64,000 bases of DNA from Nitrospinales bacterium (GCA_965223345.1 CBDCWG010000012.1:2976001-3040000); one strand, 5' to 3'. Shown: positions 1 through 9,787, counted from the stretch's first letter. The notes: generated by a model not told the origin, from the letters alone. Translations and numbers: made by a program.

Positions 1-467
1 CAGGCTCTTCAATGCGGCGTGTTCTTATTTCACTTTTCCACGAAAACCTCGCGCTCCCGGGTTCGCCTTTCTGCACCCCCTCGACGCTTCCCGGGACTTT
101 GTCTTCCTTGAGCGATTTTGCCATGGGACGGCAGGATGTGAGAACCGGCACGAAGGAAAGAACTCAGGTTCCCTTGTGCGAATTTCGTTGAATTCCCCTG
201 AATATGGAGGAGCGGAATGAGGAGAAATGCGGCGTATCCCCACAAGCCACTGTACCTGGAAAGCTTTTTCCTGTGCGGGTGCCGCCGATTCCGGTAAACT
301 TTATAAGTAAAATCCGGATCGAATCCGCTTGCAAGCGGCTCCTGGTGAGGATCGCTCACTTTTGATGGCGGGAATGTGATCCATCTGTGAGGAATATTTT
401 CGCGCGATCCGGATCTGAACATCCGGAAATAAGGAATTTTTTACCCACAATTCTAAACGAAACATTC

Positions 468-947
468 ATGAACGCACGCAGCCGATTTTTTTTATACTCC
501 ACCGTTGTCCTGATTTCGTTGCTGGCGCAGCTTCCTGCCCAAACCCTGGCGGGCGACTGCCCGCAAGACAGAAAGACGGCGCCCGCCCACCTGAGTGTCT
601 ATTTTCAGACCAACCCGCTTGAAAGCACGGCGGAGAACCTTTTAGCGGGCCGGAAACTGTACCGGGGCGGGGCCAAGCCCTTCGGCTGCGTGCATTGCCA
701 CGGGCTTTTGGGCAACGGCAATGGAATCACGGCGAAGACCGCAACGATCAAACCGCGGGATTTCACCTGCCGGAAAACGATGGAAGCCATTCCGGACGGG
801 CAATTGTTCTGGGTGATCAAATACGGATCGGAAGGAACCGACATGGTCGGCTACGATCATCTTTCGGACACACAGATCTGGCAGCTGGTGGCGTACCTGC
901 GGCAGTTTTCATTGCCGCAGCATCAAAGGGTGAACCTGGCACGCTGA
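468..947 (+). CDS. Periplasmic monoheme class I cytochrome c
   Basis: Signal peptide, single CxxCH (CVHCH), PRDFT..IPDGQLFWVIKYGSEGTDM distal-Met region. ATG at 468 chosen over the track start at 387. Confidence 0.9.
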   Translation: MNARSRFFLYSTVVLISLLAQLPAQTLAGDCPQDRKTAPAHLSVYFQTNPLESTAENLLAGRKLYRGGAKPFGCVHCHGLLGNGNGITAKTATIKPRDFTCRKTMEAIPDGQLFWVIKYGSEGTDMVGYDHLSDTQIWQLVAYLRQFSLPQHQRVNLAR

Positions 948-1004
948 CAATCCAAGCAGCTGCCCTGCCAGACACCCGCCCTTTTTGCACTGACCGGGAC
1001 CGGT

Positions 1005-1508
1005 TCAATGTTCACGAAAGATCTTCGATTCGATGACCGCTTGCGTCAAACCTCCGCCCACCACTTCATCGCGAACGATTCCCTGCGGCGTGATGAAATA
1101 GGTGACCGGCAATTTGATGACTTTGTATTCTTCCGCGACCGTACCGAACGTATCCAGCAATACGGGAAAATCCAGCTTGTATTCCTCCACGAATTCCTGA
1201 ACTTTTGTTTCCCGTTCGCCAAAATTGACCGCCAGGATTTTAATGCCTTTGTCCTTCAGGGATCGGTGTGCCTTCTGCAATTCCGGCATTTCCTTGATAC
1301 AGGGAACGCACCAGGTCGCCCAGAAATTGAGGACGACGGTGCTTCCCTTAAGATCAGACAATTTGACTGCGGCCCCCTGCAGGTTTCGCAATTCAAAAGA
1401 TGGAGCCGGCCCACCGACGAACGGTGGGCCTTGCGCCATTCCAATCAGGAAATAACTCAGAAAAGCGATCCCGGCACAGCGTGACAGCCGGATTGCTTTA
1501 AAAACCAT
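1005..1508 (-). CDS. TlpA/ResA-family thiol-disulfide oxidoreductase
   Basis: VLNFWATWCVPCIKEMP motif and LPVTYFI cis-Pro loop; overlaps the stop of the upstream barrel gene. Confidence 0.92.
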   Translation of the reverse strand: MVFKAIRLSRCAGIAFLSYFLIGMAQGPPFVGGPAPSFELRNLQGAAVKLSDLKGSTVVLNFWATWCVPCIKEMPELQKAHRSLKDKGIKILAVNFGERETKVQEFVEEYKLDFPVLLDTFGTVAEEYKVIKLPVTYFITPQGIVRDEVVGGGLTQAVIESKIFREH

Positions 1509-2493
1509 AGGACGCTCCCAGAAGCAGACCGTAGCGCGGGACGAGATTCACCTCGTTGACCCGCTGGTAAATGGGAATCTGCACGTGCGCGTAAAAGGAG
1601 AGATTGTCTGTCGCCGCCAGGCGCACACCTGGCGTCAGATTGACAAACTCCCCTCCGGTGCTGGGCACATCCTGATCGATGAACGTATCACGACGGGATA
1701 TGCGCGTGTTGATCTGACCGCTCAGTGTCACCTTGTCGTTCAGGACGTAATTAACGCCGGCGTCGATGAAGGTGGTGTCGCCGAATTCATAATCCAGACT
1801 GTTTTCGGTTGTGAACCGGTGCGACAACCCTCCGAACAACTGCACCCGGTTGGGAATGAGCGAATGAATATAAAGTCCGGACAAAATGAAATCGTATGAT
1901 CCGGTGCCCGGCATCAGAGTGGGTTCGTTGATATTGCCTTCATTGTCCCTCAATTTGTATTCCCCGGTGGCGAACTTGACGCCGGCGCCGCCGATGAACT
2001 GGTGCTTGGCAGTTTGCCACAACGAATATTTCGCAAGCAAGGTGATGTCGCCGAACCCGGACGTTCCGTCCACGTTGTTGAATTCTCCCACAGGATCGGC
2101 AGGTGTGATTTCATCGTCGTGCTCGTGCAACCGGTCGTTGAAAAAGGGAATGTTCAACGAAAGCGTGAACTTGTCCGTCACCCCATAACTGACATCGAGC
2201 TGGGCGAGTTTGTTGATGGTTCGAAGTTCCCGATGATGATCCAGCTCTATTTCCCGGTCCTCGAAATTCACTTTCGGCACCAGCACTTCATCCGTGTCGC
2301 CCGATCCCCTCTGCTTGTCATCCTGGGGGATGTAGCGGTAGGACAGATCGACCACGAACCGGCCCTTGCCGGTCAGACCCGACTGGGACCCCGTGATCAG
2401 GGAACAGTTGGAGGAGCCGCAAGCCGCCTCGCTCATCGACGCCAAATTCAACACAAAGCAAATCGCTACAAAAACTACGATTGATCTTTTCAT
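1498..2493 (-). CDS. Outer-membrane beta-barrel transporter-like protein, possibly metal-related
   Basis: Signal peptide from MKRSIV, SGFGDI and PGTGSYD motifs, alternating beta strands, C-terminal Phe, His clusters (LDHHRE, LHEHDDE), N-terminal CGSSNC. Confidence 0.75.
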   Translation of the reverse strand: MKRSIVVFVAICFVLNLASMSEAACGSSNCSLITGSQSGLTGKGRFVVDLSYRYIPQDDKQRGSGDTDEVLVPKVNFEDREIELDHHRELRTINKLAQLDVSYGVTDKFTLSLNIPFFNDRLHEHDDEITPADPVGEFNNVDGTSGFGDITLLAKYSLWQTAKHQFIGGAGVKFATGEYKLRDNEGNINEPTLMPGTGSYDFILSGLYIHSLIPNRVQLFGGLSHRFTTENSLDYEFGDTTFIDAGVNYVLNDKVTLSGQINTRISRRDTFIDQDVPSTGGEFVNLTPGVRLAATDNLSFYAHVQIPIYQRVNEVNLVPRYGLLLGASYGF

Positions 2494-2744
2494 GATGCTT
2501 TCTCTCTCATAATCGTGAGGCAAATGCGGACCGCGGCCTTGCCTCACCGGTTGACAACGCAAACCCCACCGCAAACCGGAATGACAAAGCAAACGCGGAT
2601 GGACGCCTTCCCGGATGTCGCGAGGAATTTTTCTAAATAATTATTCTGAAATAGGAACGGAAGTCGGGCGTCCGCCGTTCAAAGCGAACGAAACGAGTGC
2701 AGCACTGAGAAAATACGTGCGGTGCTTTTCCGGCCTCCCGTGGA

Positions 2745-3188
2745 TCAGGATGATTTGGGCGGAGGCGGTGAGGGAGCGTATCGAAGGGATGGATAAAACG
2801 GCTGCGGAATTGAATTCATTCTCCCCGTTGCGAGGGAATCAACTTCGGAGAATTCAGCCAAAGCGGAGAGATTATTGTCGTTGTTGTGGGACGCCGCGGT
2901 GTTGGAGCCGTTGCTGTTGCCGCAGCCCCGGCTCCAGGTCTTTTCGCCGGATTTTTTGGAATTGCCAAACCCTGTCAGCATATGCGGACAGAAACTGAGG
3001 TTTTTATGTTTGTGCATGAGGCAATGCAGCGAGGGTGCGGCTTTTTCGGATTGAAACGGCGACGCCGCATGCGCTACAGGTTGGACCGCATGGGCAGAAT
3101 GGTCGTGGTTCCCCGCAGAAGCCCAGCCCGGCACCGCTCCCGGCCCAAATAGGCCGAGGCATATGACAACCCCAACAATTATTCGCAT
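2745..3188 (-). CDS. Exported His/Cys-rich small protein with poly-Pro C-terminus (CutF/CruR/DUF2946-like leader candidate)
   Basis: Signal peptide, HDHSAH and HCLMHKHKNLSFCPH, ends YAPSPPPPKSS; sits upstream of the barrel gene. Confidence 0.6.
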   Translation of the reverse strand: MRIIVGVVICLGLFGPGAVPGWASAGNHDHSAHAVQPVAHAASPFQSEKAAPSLHCLMHKHKNLSFCPHMLTGFGNSKKSGEKTWSRGCGNSNGSNTAASHNNDNNLSALAEFSEVDSLATGRMNSIPQPFYPSLRYAPSPPPPKSS

Positions 3189-3228
3189 AATCCCAAATAG
3201 CGTATTTACGCCAGAATTGTCAAGGTAA

Positions 3229-3392
3229 TTGCAGGGAGTTCAGCAGTCCGAAGTGGCGGATTCACGTTGCTCCGGGGTTGGAAGGTTCCGCGCCGCCCTG
3301 TCCCACGCGCGCAGGAAATGCAGAGCCGCAGAACGGTACGAAGGGGAGCCTGAAACCCCGGCCACTTCGTCGAATGCGCGCGCCGCCTGCAA
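3229..3392 (-). ncRNA. Candidate rod-like structured RNA or palindromic element
   Basis: Nested complementary segments 3229-3235/3386-3392, 3249-3257/3361-3369, 3269-3273/3345-3349 and 3285-3292/3327-3334 (a G-U pair only on the minus strand), with an internal bubble. Confidence 0.35.
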
Positions 3393-3521
3393 GGTCCCGA
3401 CCGGCTGTACTTTTTTTAGTTGCCATTTCAGCACACTCCACCCTATGCACGCCGGAACCGCCCGTCCCGCCTCGCGCCTTCTTCCTCAGTTTCACAATCA
3501 ACTCAAATGAAACGTATCAAT

Positions 3522-3553
3522 TTCACATTTTAGCTGTATACTTAAAATGTGAA
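3522..3553. promoter_or_regulatory. 11-bp perfect inverted repeat, putative operator between divergent genes
   Basis: TTCACATTTTA-N10-TAAAATGTGAA in an AT-rich intergenic region. Confidence 0.5.
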
Positions 3554-3620
3554 TGTATGCAATGCCGGTCCAGAATGATACCTCGAACAATCCGCGTTTC
3601 CTCTCACCTCATGAGGCGTT

Positions 3621-4577
3621 TTGGAAAACAAGGAGCAGGCAATACAGGGCCATTTGATTCATCTCATCGCCCTTTGCTTCCTGGCTGCCGGTCTTCTCCT
3701 TCCGGCGTGTACCGATTCCGGTCCTTCCGCTTTTTACTCTCCTGAAGAACTCGGGCAGTTCCGGCGCAATTTCCAGGTCACGGAAAACATCATCGCCGAG
3801 CTGAAACTCATCCACCAGCAAACCCAGACCCGTCCGCGCCCCATCAGAATCGAGATCACCCAGCGCCAGCCGCGCCACGTGTGGCACAAGGCCAGGCTGA
3901 TCGACCTGTCGATTCAGAATCTGAAATACCGCAATGGCCTGGATGCGAAACCCTACCCTTACATCAACCCAAAAAAAATTGTGCCCACCGATGTCTACAA
4001 CCTGCTCAGCCAGATCCTGAAGGATATCCGCAGCCTGCGCGCCGCTTACGGCGTCACGAGGGATGCCAAGCCCGCTCCGCCGCCGAAGACCGCCTTGCCG
4101 CAGGATGTCTACATGAATCTGGAGCGGGTCAATCAGATGATCCTCGGGATCGACAACCGCGCCATTTCTCCGCGTGATCTGTATTTGATCACATTTGACA
4201 TCGTGTCCCGGCTGCGGCAGATCCGCAGTCACGAGGGCATCACCGTGCCCATCGCAGCGATTTCCCCTTCCAGTCACAAACATCCCCGCGATGTCTATAA
4301 AAAATCACTTCTATTTCATTCCAAACTGAAACGGCTTGCAGAAAAACGGGGTTATTTCCTTGCAGGGGGTGTGGTGCTCTTGAACCAGAAAAAAACCCGG
4401 ATCATCCCCAGCGATGTGATGGACGTGCTGACGAACATCACGGCGGACGTGGAGGCCATGAGCGCTTCCATGAACCTGCCCCGCACAAAAGCGTCGCCCT
4501 TGCCGGAAAAAATCTCGCCTTCCAAAGCATTTGACAAGATCAACGAGGGCATCGCGGTCGTGGAGACGATGCTGTGA
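3621..4577 (+). CDS. Hypothetical lipoprotein with recurring P-x-D-V-[YF]-like helical motifs
   Basis: Lipobox LPAC; motifs PTDVY, PQDVY, PRDLY, PRDVY, PSDVM; GTGA overlap with the next gene. Confidence 0.75.
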   Translation: MENKEQAIQGHLIHLIALCFLAAGLLLPACTDSGPSAFYSPEELGQFRRNFQVTENIIAELKLIHQQTQTRPRPIRIEITQRQPRHVWHKARLIDLSIQNLKYRNGLDAKPYPYINPKKIVPTDVYNLLSQILKDIRSLRAAYGVTRDAKPAPPPKTALPQDVYMNLERVNQMILGIDNRAISPRDLYLITFDIVSRLRQIRSHEGITVPIAAISPSSHKHPRDVYKKSLLFHSKLKRLAEKRGYFLAGGVVLLNQKKTRIIPSDVMDVLTNITADVEAMSASMNLPRTKASPLPEKISPSKAFDKINEGIAVVETML

Positions 4578-6646
4578 ACGCTCCTGCCGGCGCGCCCCCC
4601 ACCCGCTTTCCACTTGCGTTTTTTTACATCACAGCCGTTGTCTGCGTGCTGCCGTTCGGGCTCAACCTGGCAGGGTTTGACTTCGGCTCGGAAGTGCACG
4701 GCTTTCACGTCGAGGAAATCGCATCCTGGGGCATCAGCGGAGCGGCCCTGGCCGATGAGATGTTCTACACGCTCACCGGGGCGCTGGAGCACGGTCTGCT
4801 GGAATGGAGCGCGGTCTGCGTGGCGGCGCTCACCATCCTGCTCGCATTCTGCCATTTTGCCGTCAATAAAGATATCACGACCCCCATCATCGGCATCGCC
4901 CTGTTCTGCTCCGGCGCCATGGACGCGTTTCATACCCTGGCGGCCATGCGCCTGATCGAAGCCGTCGCAGAAAACAGCAATCTCATTCCCTTCACCTGGG
5001 CGCTGTCGCGCACGTTCAACGCGGTCATTCTCATCACTGGCGTGGTGATCTGTCTTAAATGGAACGTCACGAGCACCCGTGCCGGTGTGACACAGATTCT
5101 GGCGGTCGGACTCTTCTTCGCCGGCCTGGCCTATTTTCTGATTTCGTTCACCGCTTCCCGGGAAAACCTGCCCCTCTCTCAATTCCCGGACGCTTTCATC
5201 ACCCGCCCTTACGATGTGGCTCCTTTGGTCTTGTTCGCCCTGGGAGCGCCGTTTTTCTGGAGACTGTACCGCAAGAATCCCAACCTGCTCACCGCTTCTC
5301 TGGTCATCGCCCTCATCCCGCAGATCATCCTGGAAGCCCACGCGGCGTTTGGCTCTTCCACCCTGTTCGACAATCATTTCAACATCGCCCATTTCCTCAA
5401 AATCATCGCTTACTTCGTTCCCTTTATGGGACTGGCTCTGGATTACATCGAAACGCAAAAAAAACTGACGTCCGTGATCGATGACTTGAAAGAGTCAAAC
5501 AAACATATAAAGCAGATCGGAGCGACTCTGGAGGAAAGCCAGCGCCGTACCAATGCGATTTTGGACAACGCCGTGGACGGCATCATCACTATCGATAAGG
5601 AAGGCACCATCGATCAAATCAATGCCGCCGCAGAGAAGATTTTCGGTTACAAAACAGACGAGGTCCTGGGAAAGAACGTGAAGATGTTGATGCCGGATCC
5701 GTACCACAGTGAGCACGATGACTATCTTTCGAATTACTTCAAGACCGGAAACAAAAATATCATCGGGTTTGAGAGAGAGTTCACAGGCCGGCGGAAGGAC
5801 GGAACGCATTTTCCGATGACCCTGGCTGTGGGTGAGATCAACTTTGAAAACCACACGCTGTACACGGGCATCGTCCGCGACATCACGCAGCAGAAAAGAA
5901 TGGAGAAAGAGAGAGCGAATCTGATCGAAAACCTGCGTGACACCAACGAAGAGCTGGAAGAATTCACCTACAGGACGTCACACGACCTCAAGGCGCCGCT
6001 CGTGAACATACGGGGTTTGAGCGACATCATGAAGGAGGATCTCAAAGACGGGGACTATGAGGAGGTGTCGGCCAATATCGATAAGCTGGGCGCCCTGTCC
6101 TTAAAACTGGAACTGCTCGTGGAAGACATCGTCGAAGCGGCCAAAATCGATCGCGTGAATGAAACCCTTGAAGAGGTGGACATCACCGAAGAAGTGACTT
6201 TGATCAAAGAACACCTGAACACTCTGATCGACGAAAAACAGGTGGACATCCAGATTGAGGATAAAAGCAAAAAACCCCTATGGGTGCAAAGAGGCGTCCT
6301 TCAAGGCGTGCTCGAAAACCTGATCTCAAACGCCGTCAAGTATTCCGACCCTGGAAAACCAGAGCGATTCGTCAAAGTGATCGTGACCGGCAGCAACAGC
6401 GACACCCACATTCAGGTTCTGGACAACGGGCTAGGCATTCCGCAAAAAAATTTCGATCAGGTGTTCGGCATGTTCAAACGCTTTCACAAGGAATCGTCGT
6501 TCGGGAGCGGGCTCGGCCTCTATCTGGTCAAGAAGAACCTCAATAAAATCAAAGCCAGTATATCCTTTGAAAGCAGCCCCGCAGGTACCGCGTTCACCAT
6601 CGTGCTTCCCGGTTCAAGGCGGAAATCCGCACAGCAGGTCCGCTGA
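4574..6646 (+). CDS. Membrane sensor histidine kinase (MASE3-like TM domain, FixL-type PAS, HisKA, HATPase)
   Basis: Multi-TM N-terminus with HGLLE and DAFHTL; PAS MLMPDPYHSEHDDYL..IIGFERE; H-box SHDLKAPL, N-box NLISNAVKY, DNGLG, GSGLGL. Confidence 0.92.
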   Translation: MNAPAGAPPTRFPLAFFYITAVVCVLPFGLNLAGFDFGSEVHGFHVEEIASWGISGAALADEMFYTLTGALEHGLLEWSAVCVAALTILLAFCHFAVNKDITTPIIGIALFCSGAMDAFHTLAAMRLIEAVAENSNLIPFTWALSRTFNAVILITGVVICLKWNVTSTRAGVTQILAVGLFFAGLAYFLISFTASRENLPLSQFPDAFITRPYDVAPLVLFALGAPFFWRLYRKNPNLLTASLVIALIPQIILEAHAAFGSSTLFDNHFNIAHFLKIIAYFVPFMGLALDYIETQKKLTSVIDDLKESNKHIKQIGATLEESQRRTNAILDNAVDGIITIDKEGTIDQINAAAEKIFGYKTDEVLGKNVKMLMPDPYHSEHDDYLSNYFKTGNKNIIGFEREFTGRRKDGTHFPMTLAVGEINFENHTLYTGIVRDITQQKRMEKERANLIENLRDTNEELEEFTYRTSHDLKAPLVNIRGLSDIMKEDLKDGDYEEVSANIDKLGALSLKLELLVEDIVEAAKIDRVNETLEEVDITEEVTLIKEHLNTLIDEKQVDIQIEDKSKKPLWVQRGVLQGVLENLISNAVKYSDPGKPERFVKVIVTGSNSDTHIQVLDNGLGIPQKNFDQVFGMFKRFHKESSFGSGLGLYLVKKNLNKIKASISFESSPAGTAFTIVLPGSRRKSAQQVR

Positions 6647-6648
6647 GT

Positions 6649-7059
6649 TCACTCCAATATTTTGACGATGGTTTCGAGGTGTTCGGTCGTGAACGGCTTC
6701 ACGAAATACTCCTTCACCTCGGGGTACTGGGTGGCCTTATCTTTATCTTTGTGCTGGTTGGACGAGGTGAGCATCAATATGATGAGACTGCCTTTTTTCT
6801 CCTCCGGCAGTTTTTTGTATTCCTCCAAAAATTCAAAGCCATCGAGGCGCGGCATGTTGATGTCCAGCAGGATCGCCACCGGCGGGAATTTGCCGTCGAA
6901 CTTTTTTTGACTCTCTTCGAATTCCACAAAGTGATCCAGCGCTTCCTGCCCGTCTTCAAATGAATAAAACGTTTCGACCAGTCCGGATTTATTGACGATT
7001 CTGCTGACCTGATACACGTCGATCTCATTGTCATCTACCATACACAGCGATTTCAGCAT
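6649..7059 (-). CDS. Single-domain response regulator (receiver)
   Basis: VDDN, LLDINMPRLDG, LTSS and KP motifs; start placed at MLKSLC. Confidence 0.92.
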   Translation of the reverse strand: MLKSLCMVDDNEIDVYQVSRIVNKSGLVETFYSFEDGQEALDHFVEFEESQKKFDGKFPPVAILLDINMPRLDGFEFLEEYKKLPEEKKGSLIILMLTSSNQHKDKDKATQYPEVKEYFVKPFTTEHLETIVKILE

Positions 7060-7295
7060 AATGATCCCCCTCAGGATTGAGAATTCGCGAGAATCCATGA
7101 CGTTGCGATGTTCCACGATCATGGCTTGAGAAGTGGTGTTCTAATCTACAGGGAAGCAAACTGCGTGCTGCGTGATGCCGGCTAACCTTTAATGCCCAAA
7201 CCAGAGAAGCATATACAATCCATGATGGAAAGTAAACCAGCCCGCGTTAATCGGACGATCGATTTCGCGCCGGCTTCGTCATCCTGCATTCCCGT

Positions 7296-7784
7296 TCAAT
7301 GCGAATGCAGGGAGATGGCGAGCGGCTTGGTGGATTCGTTGAATTTGAACAGCGCGTCGGCGTAATCGGGCGCGCCGAAATACGAGATGGGGTTGTTGGA
7401 GATGCCAATGGCCTCTTTGGGCATGCCGAGAAAACCCCGGGTCATTTTTCCGCTGTTGTCCGCGTCGTGCAGGACGGAAACGACGTACTCGCCGAAAGCG
7501 ACCCCTTCGATCACGATTTCCATGATCTCATGGGTGACCTCTCCGGTGACGGACCGCAGGGCCTTGCTGGAATCCAAAGGATACCCCTCCTCGGAATCGA
7601 ACACATTGACGATGAACTGGCCGCTGCCGCTTTTGAACCCCCTCGCCATGATGACGAGATTGCCGCTGGTTTTAGTAGCGTTATCGACCTGCGTTTTCTC
7701 TTCGGCCGCCGCTGCCACGGACACGATCCACAATCCTGCCAGAATCACGGCCGCATTCATCAAGGTAACGATGCTGTTTCGCAC
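7296..7784 (-). CDS. DUF2141-family exported protein
   Basis: Signal peptide; GEYVVSVLHDADNSGKM..FLGMPKEAIGISNN motif; GTG start with GGGAGG RBS. Confidence 0.8.
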   Translation of the reverse strand: MRNSIVTLMNAAVILAGLWIVSVAAAAEEKTQVDNATKTSGNLVIMARGFKSGSGQFIVNVFDSEEGYPLDSSKALRSVTGEVTHEIMEIVIEGVAFGEYVVSVLHDADNSGKMTRGFLGMPKEAIGISNNPISYFGAPDYADALFKFNESTKPLAISLHSH

Positions 7785-8219
7785 TGGTTCCTCCCGTTCG
7801 ATTCGATTTGAGCCCCACCAAAGTGAATTCCGTAAACTCCTGAGCATACCGCATCGGGATGAAAAAAAACAGCCGACGCCGAAGGGGTCAAATCCAGGTC
7901 GCATTCCCGCACCGGTTCGATTCGGGCCTGCGATGTCGTGTGTCTTCGCTGTTTCTCCCATCGCCGGGCCGTTTTCGGATCATCCTGTGGAGCCGGAGCC
8001 CGGTGCGCCGCTGAGGCCCTGTTTTCCTTGTTTTCGTTATCGGGACGCGGTCTTTTTCGGGTGTCGCGAACACGGCGTTGCCGGCCGGCGCCTTTTCCGA
8101 TCCTCCTGCCGTAAGCGGGCCGGCGCGATTTTTGCGCTGGTAAATATGGAATGGAAATTTTCCAGCAAATTTGGGATAATTTGTCATTCTTATAACCGGG
8201 AAAATACTTCTATTTTATC

Positions 8220-9329
8220 ATGACGCAGACAATGGGAACCCAAGCAGGCCGAATCGCCAATAGCACATTCCTCTTATTGCTGATCCTTGCGGTTTTCTGT
8301 TCCTGGGCGCAGGCGCAGTCCCATTCATTCGACGAGGATCTGTACTGGTCCGGAGACACCGAGATCGAAGATTCTTTCAGCGAAACGGCGGCCACGCCGC
8401 CGCGCAATGATTTCGAGGCGGCGGAAGAAGAGGAAGAGCCGGCCGAGGCCGTGCCCGAATACCGCAAGGCGCAGTTCCGCAAAATCATCGCCGTATCGCG
8501 ATTCGAAAACCGCACCACCGCGGCGGGACAGATCAACCTGGGCAGCGGCATGTCCGACCAGTTGACCAACGCCCTGGTGCAGAGCGACAACTTCATCGTT
8601 CTGGAACGGCAGGGGCTGTCGGATGTTCTGCGCGAGCAGGATTTCGCCCGCAGCGGCCGCGCGGCGCAAAGCACCGTGGCGCGCACGGGACAGGCGATTT
8701 CAGCGCAGATTCTGATCAAGGGAACGGTCACGGAATTTGCCGAGAACGAATCGGGCGGCGGCGCGGGGATCAGCTTCAAGGGATTCACGGTCGGCACCGA
8801 AAGCGTCGAGTCGCATGTGGCGCTGATTCTGCGCATCATCGACACGACGACCGGGCAGGTGCTGGATTCGGTGCGGCTGGAGGGCAAGGCCAAGGGGTCA
8901 GGCTACAAATTCGGCGTCGCCTACATGGGGTTCGGCTTCGATGCGGAAAAATTCAAGAACACCGCCCTGAGCAAGTCCGTCCAGATCGTGATCGACAACG
9001 CCGTGGAGATGATCTCCAGGAATCTCAACGAACTGCCGTTCGAAGGGAAAATCGTCAAAGTCAAAGACGACACCTACTACACCAACATCGGTAGCCGCAA
9101 CAAGGTATCGGGCGGCGATGTGTTCGACGTGTACTCCCCGGAGGACGTCCTCATCGATCCGGACACCGGAGAAAACCTCGGCTCACTGCGCAAAAAGGTG
9201 GGCACGGTGGTGATCTCCATGCCGCAGGAAAAGTATTCCAAGGCTTTCGCCAGCCAGGGGCAGGCCTTCAAAAAAGGCTACGTCCTGAGAGAACGGCCGC
9301 AAGACCGGGATTTTGCCGAAAACTTCTGA
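8220..9329 (+). CDS. CsgG/HfaB-family protein with C-terminal beta domain (FlgT-like)
   Basis: IAVSRFEN, LTNALVQSDNFIVLERQGL, AQILIKGTVTEF, LRIIDTTTGQVL; C-terminal LIDPDTGENLG. Confidence 0.82.
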   Translation: MTQTMGTQAGRIANSTFLLLLILAVFCSWAQAQSHSFDEDLYWSGDTEIEDSFSETAATPPRNDFEAAEEEEEPAEAVPEYRKAQFRKIIAVSRFENRTTAAGQINLGSGMSDQLTNALVQSDNFIVLERQGLSDVLREQDFARSGRAAQSTVARTGQAISAQILIKGTVTEFAENESGGGAGISFKGFTVGTESVESHVALILRIIDTTTGQVLDSVRLEGKAKGSGYKFGVAYMGFGFDAEKFKNTALSKSVQIVIDNAVEMISRNLNELPFEGKIVKVKDDTYYTNIGSRNKVSGGDVFDVYSPEDVLIDPDTGENLGSLRKKVGTVVISMPQEKYSKAFASQGQAFKKGYVLRERPQDRDFAENF

Positions 9330-9339
9330 CTCCGCTCAC

Positions 9340-9366
9340 AAAAAAACCGGGTCCGCATGGACCCGG
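9340..9366 (-). terminator. Rho-independent terminator
   Basis: CCGGGTCC-GCAT-GGACCCGG stem with a 7-A run on the left, between convergent genes. Confidence 0.75.
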
Positions 9367-9385
9367 CCGATCTGTATGCGACGCT

Positions 9386-9787
9386 TCACCGATGAGTGGG
9401 TGATGGAGGGGGAATGGCGAACACGCTGTCTTCTTCTCCCTCCTCCTCGACTTCCTCATCGTCGTCCTCGCCGATTTTCACAGGCTCCACGTTCTTCCAG
9501 CGGTTGAGCGCCTTCTTGCGGCATTTTATCCGCATGTCCTGCAGCTGCCTCCGGCATTCCGCTTTGGCCTTGCCGAATTTGGATCGGCATTCCTTGGCTT
9601 TGAGACTCAGCTTATGACCAGTGCAGGTGTGAATCCTCGCCTCGAACTCCTTTTCCTTGGACTTTTTAAACAAGGTTTGCGCCAGCAGCACGGGTTCGTT
9701 CATTTCTGCGGCGAACGCCGGGAAACTCCAGATCCCGAGGCACATCCAAAACGCAATGTTGAATCCTATCCACTGTTTTGCTTGCAT
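9386..9787 (-). CDS. Hypothetical exported protein with four regularly spaced Cys and an acidic tail
   Basis: Signal peptide ending AFA; C-x11-C-x10-C-x10-C; terminator downstream. Confidence 0.65.
   Translation of the reverse strand: MQAKQWIGFNIAFWMCLGIWSFPAFAAEMNEPVLLAQTLFKKSKEKEFEARIHTCTGHKLSLKAKECRSKFGKAKAECRRQLQDMRIKCRKKALNRWKNVEPVKIGEDDDEEVEEEGEEDSVFAIPPPSPTHR

Noticed and set aside
25..422. Short ORFs at the window start
   Set aside because: No motifs or RBS support; probably intergenic.
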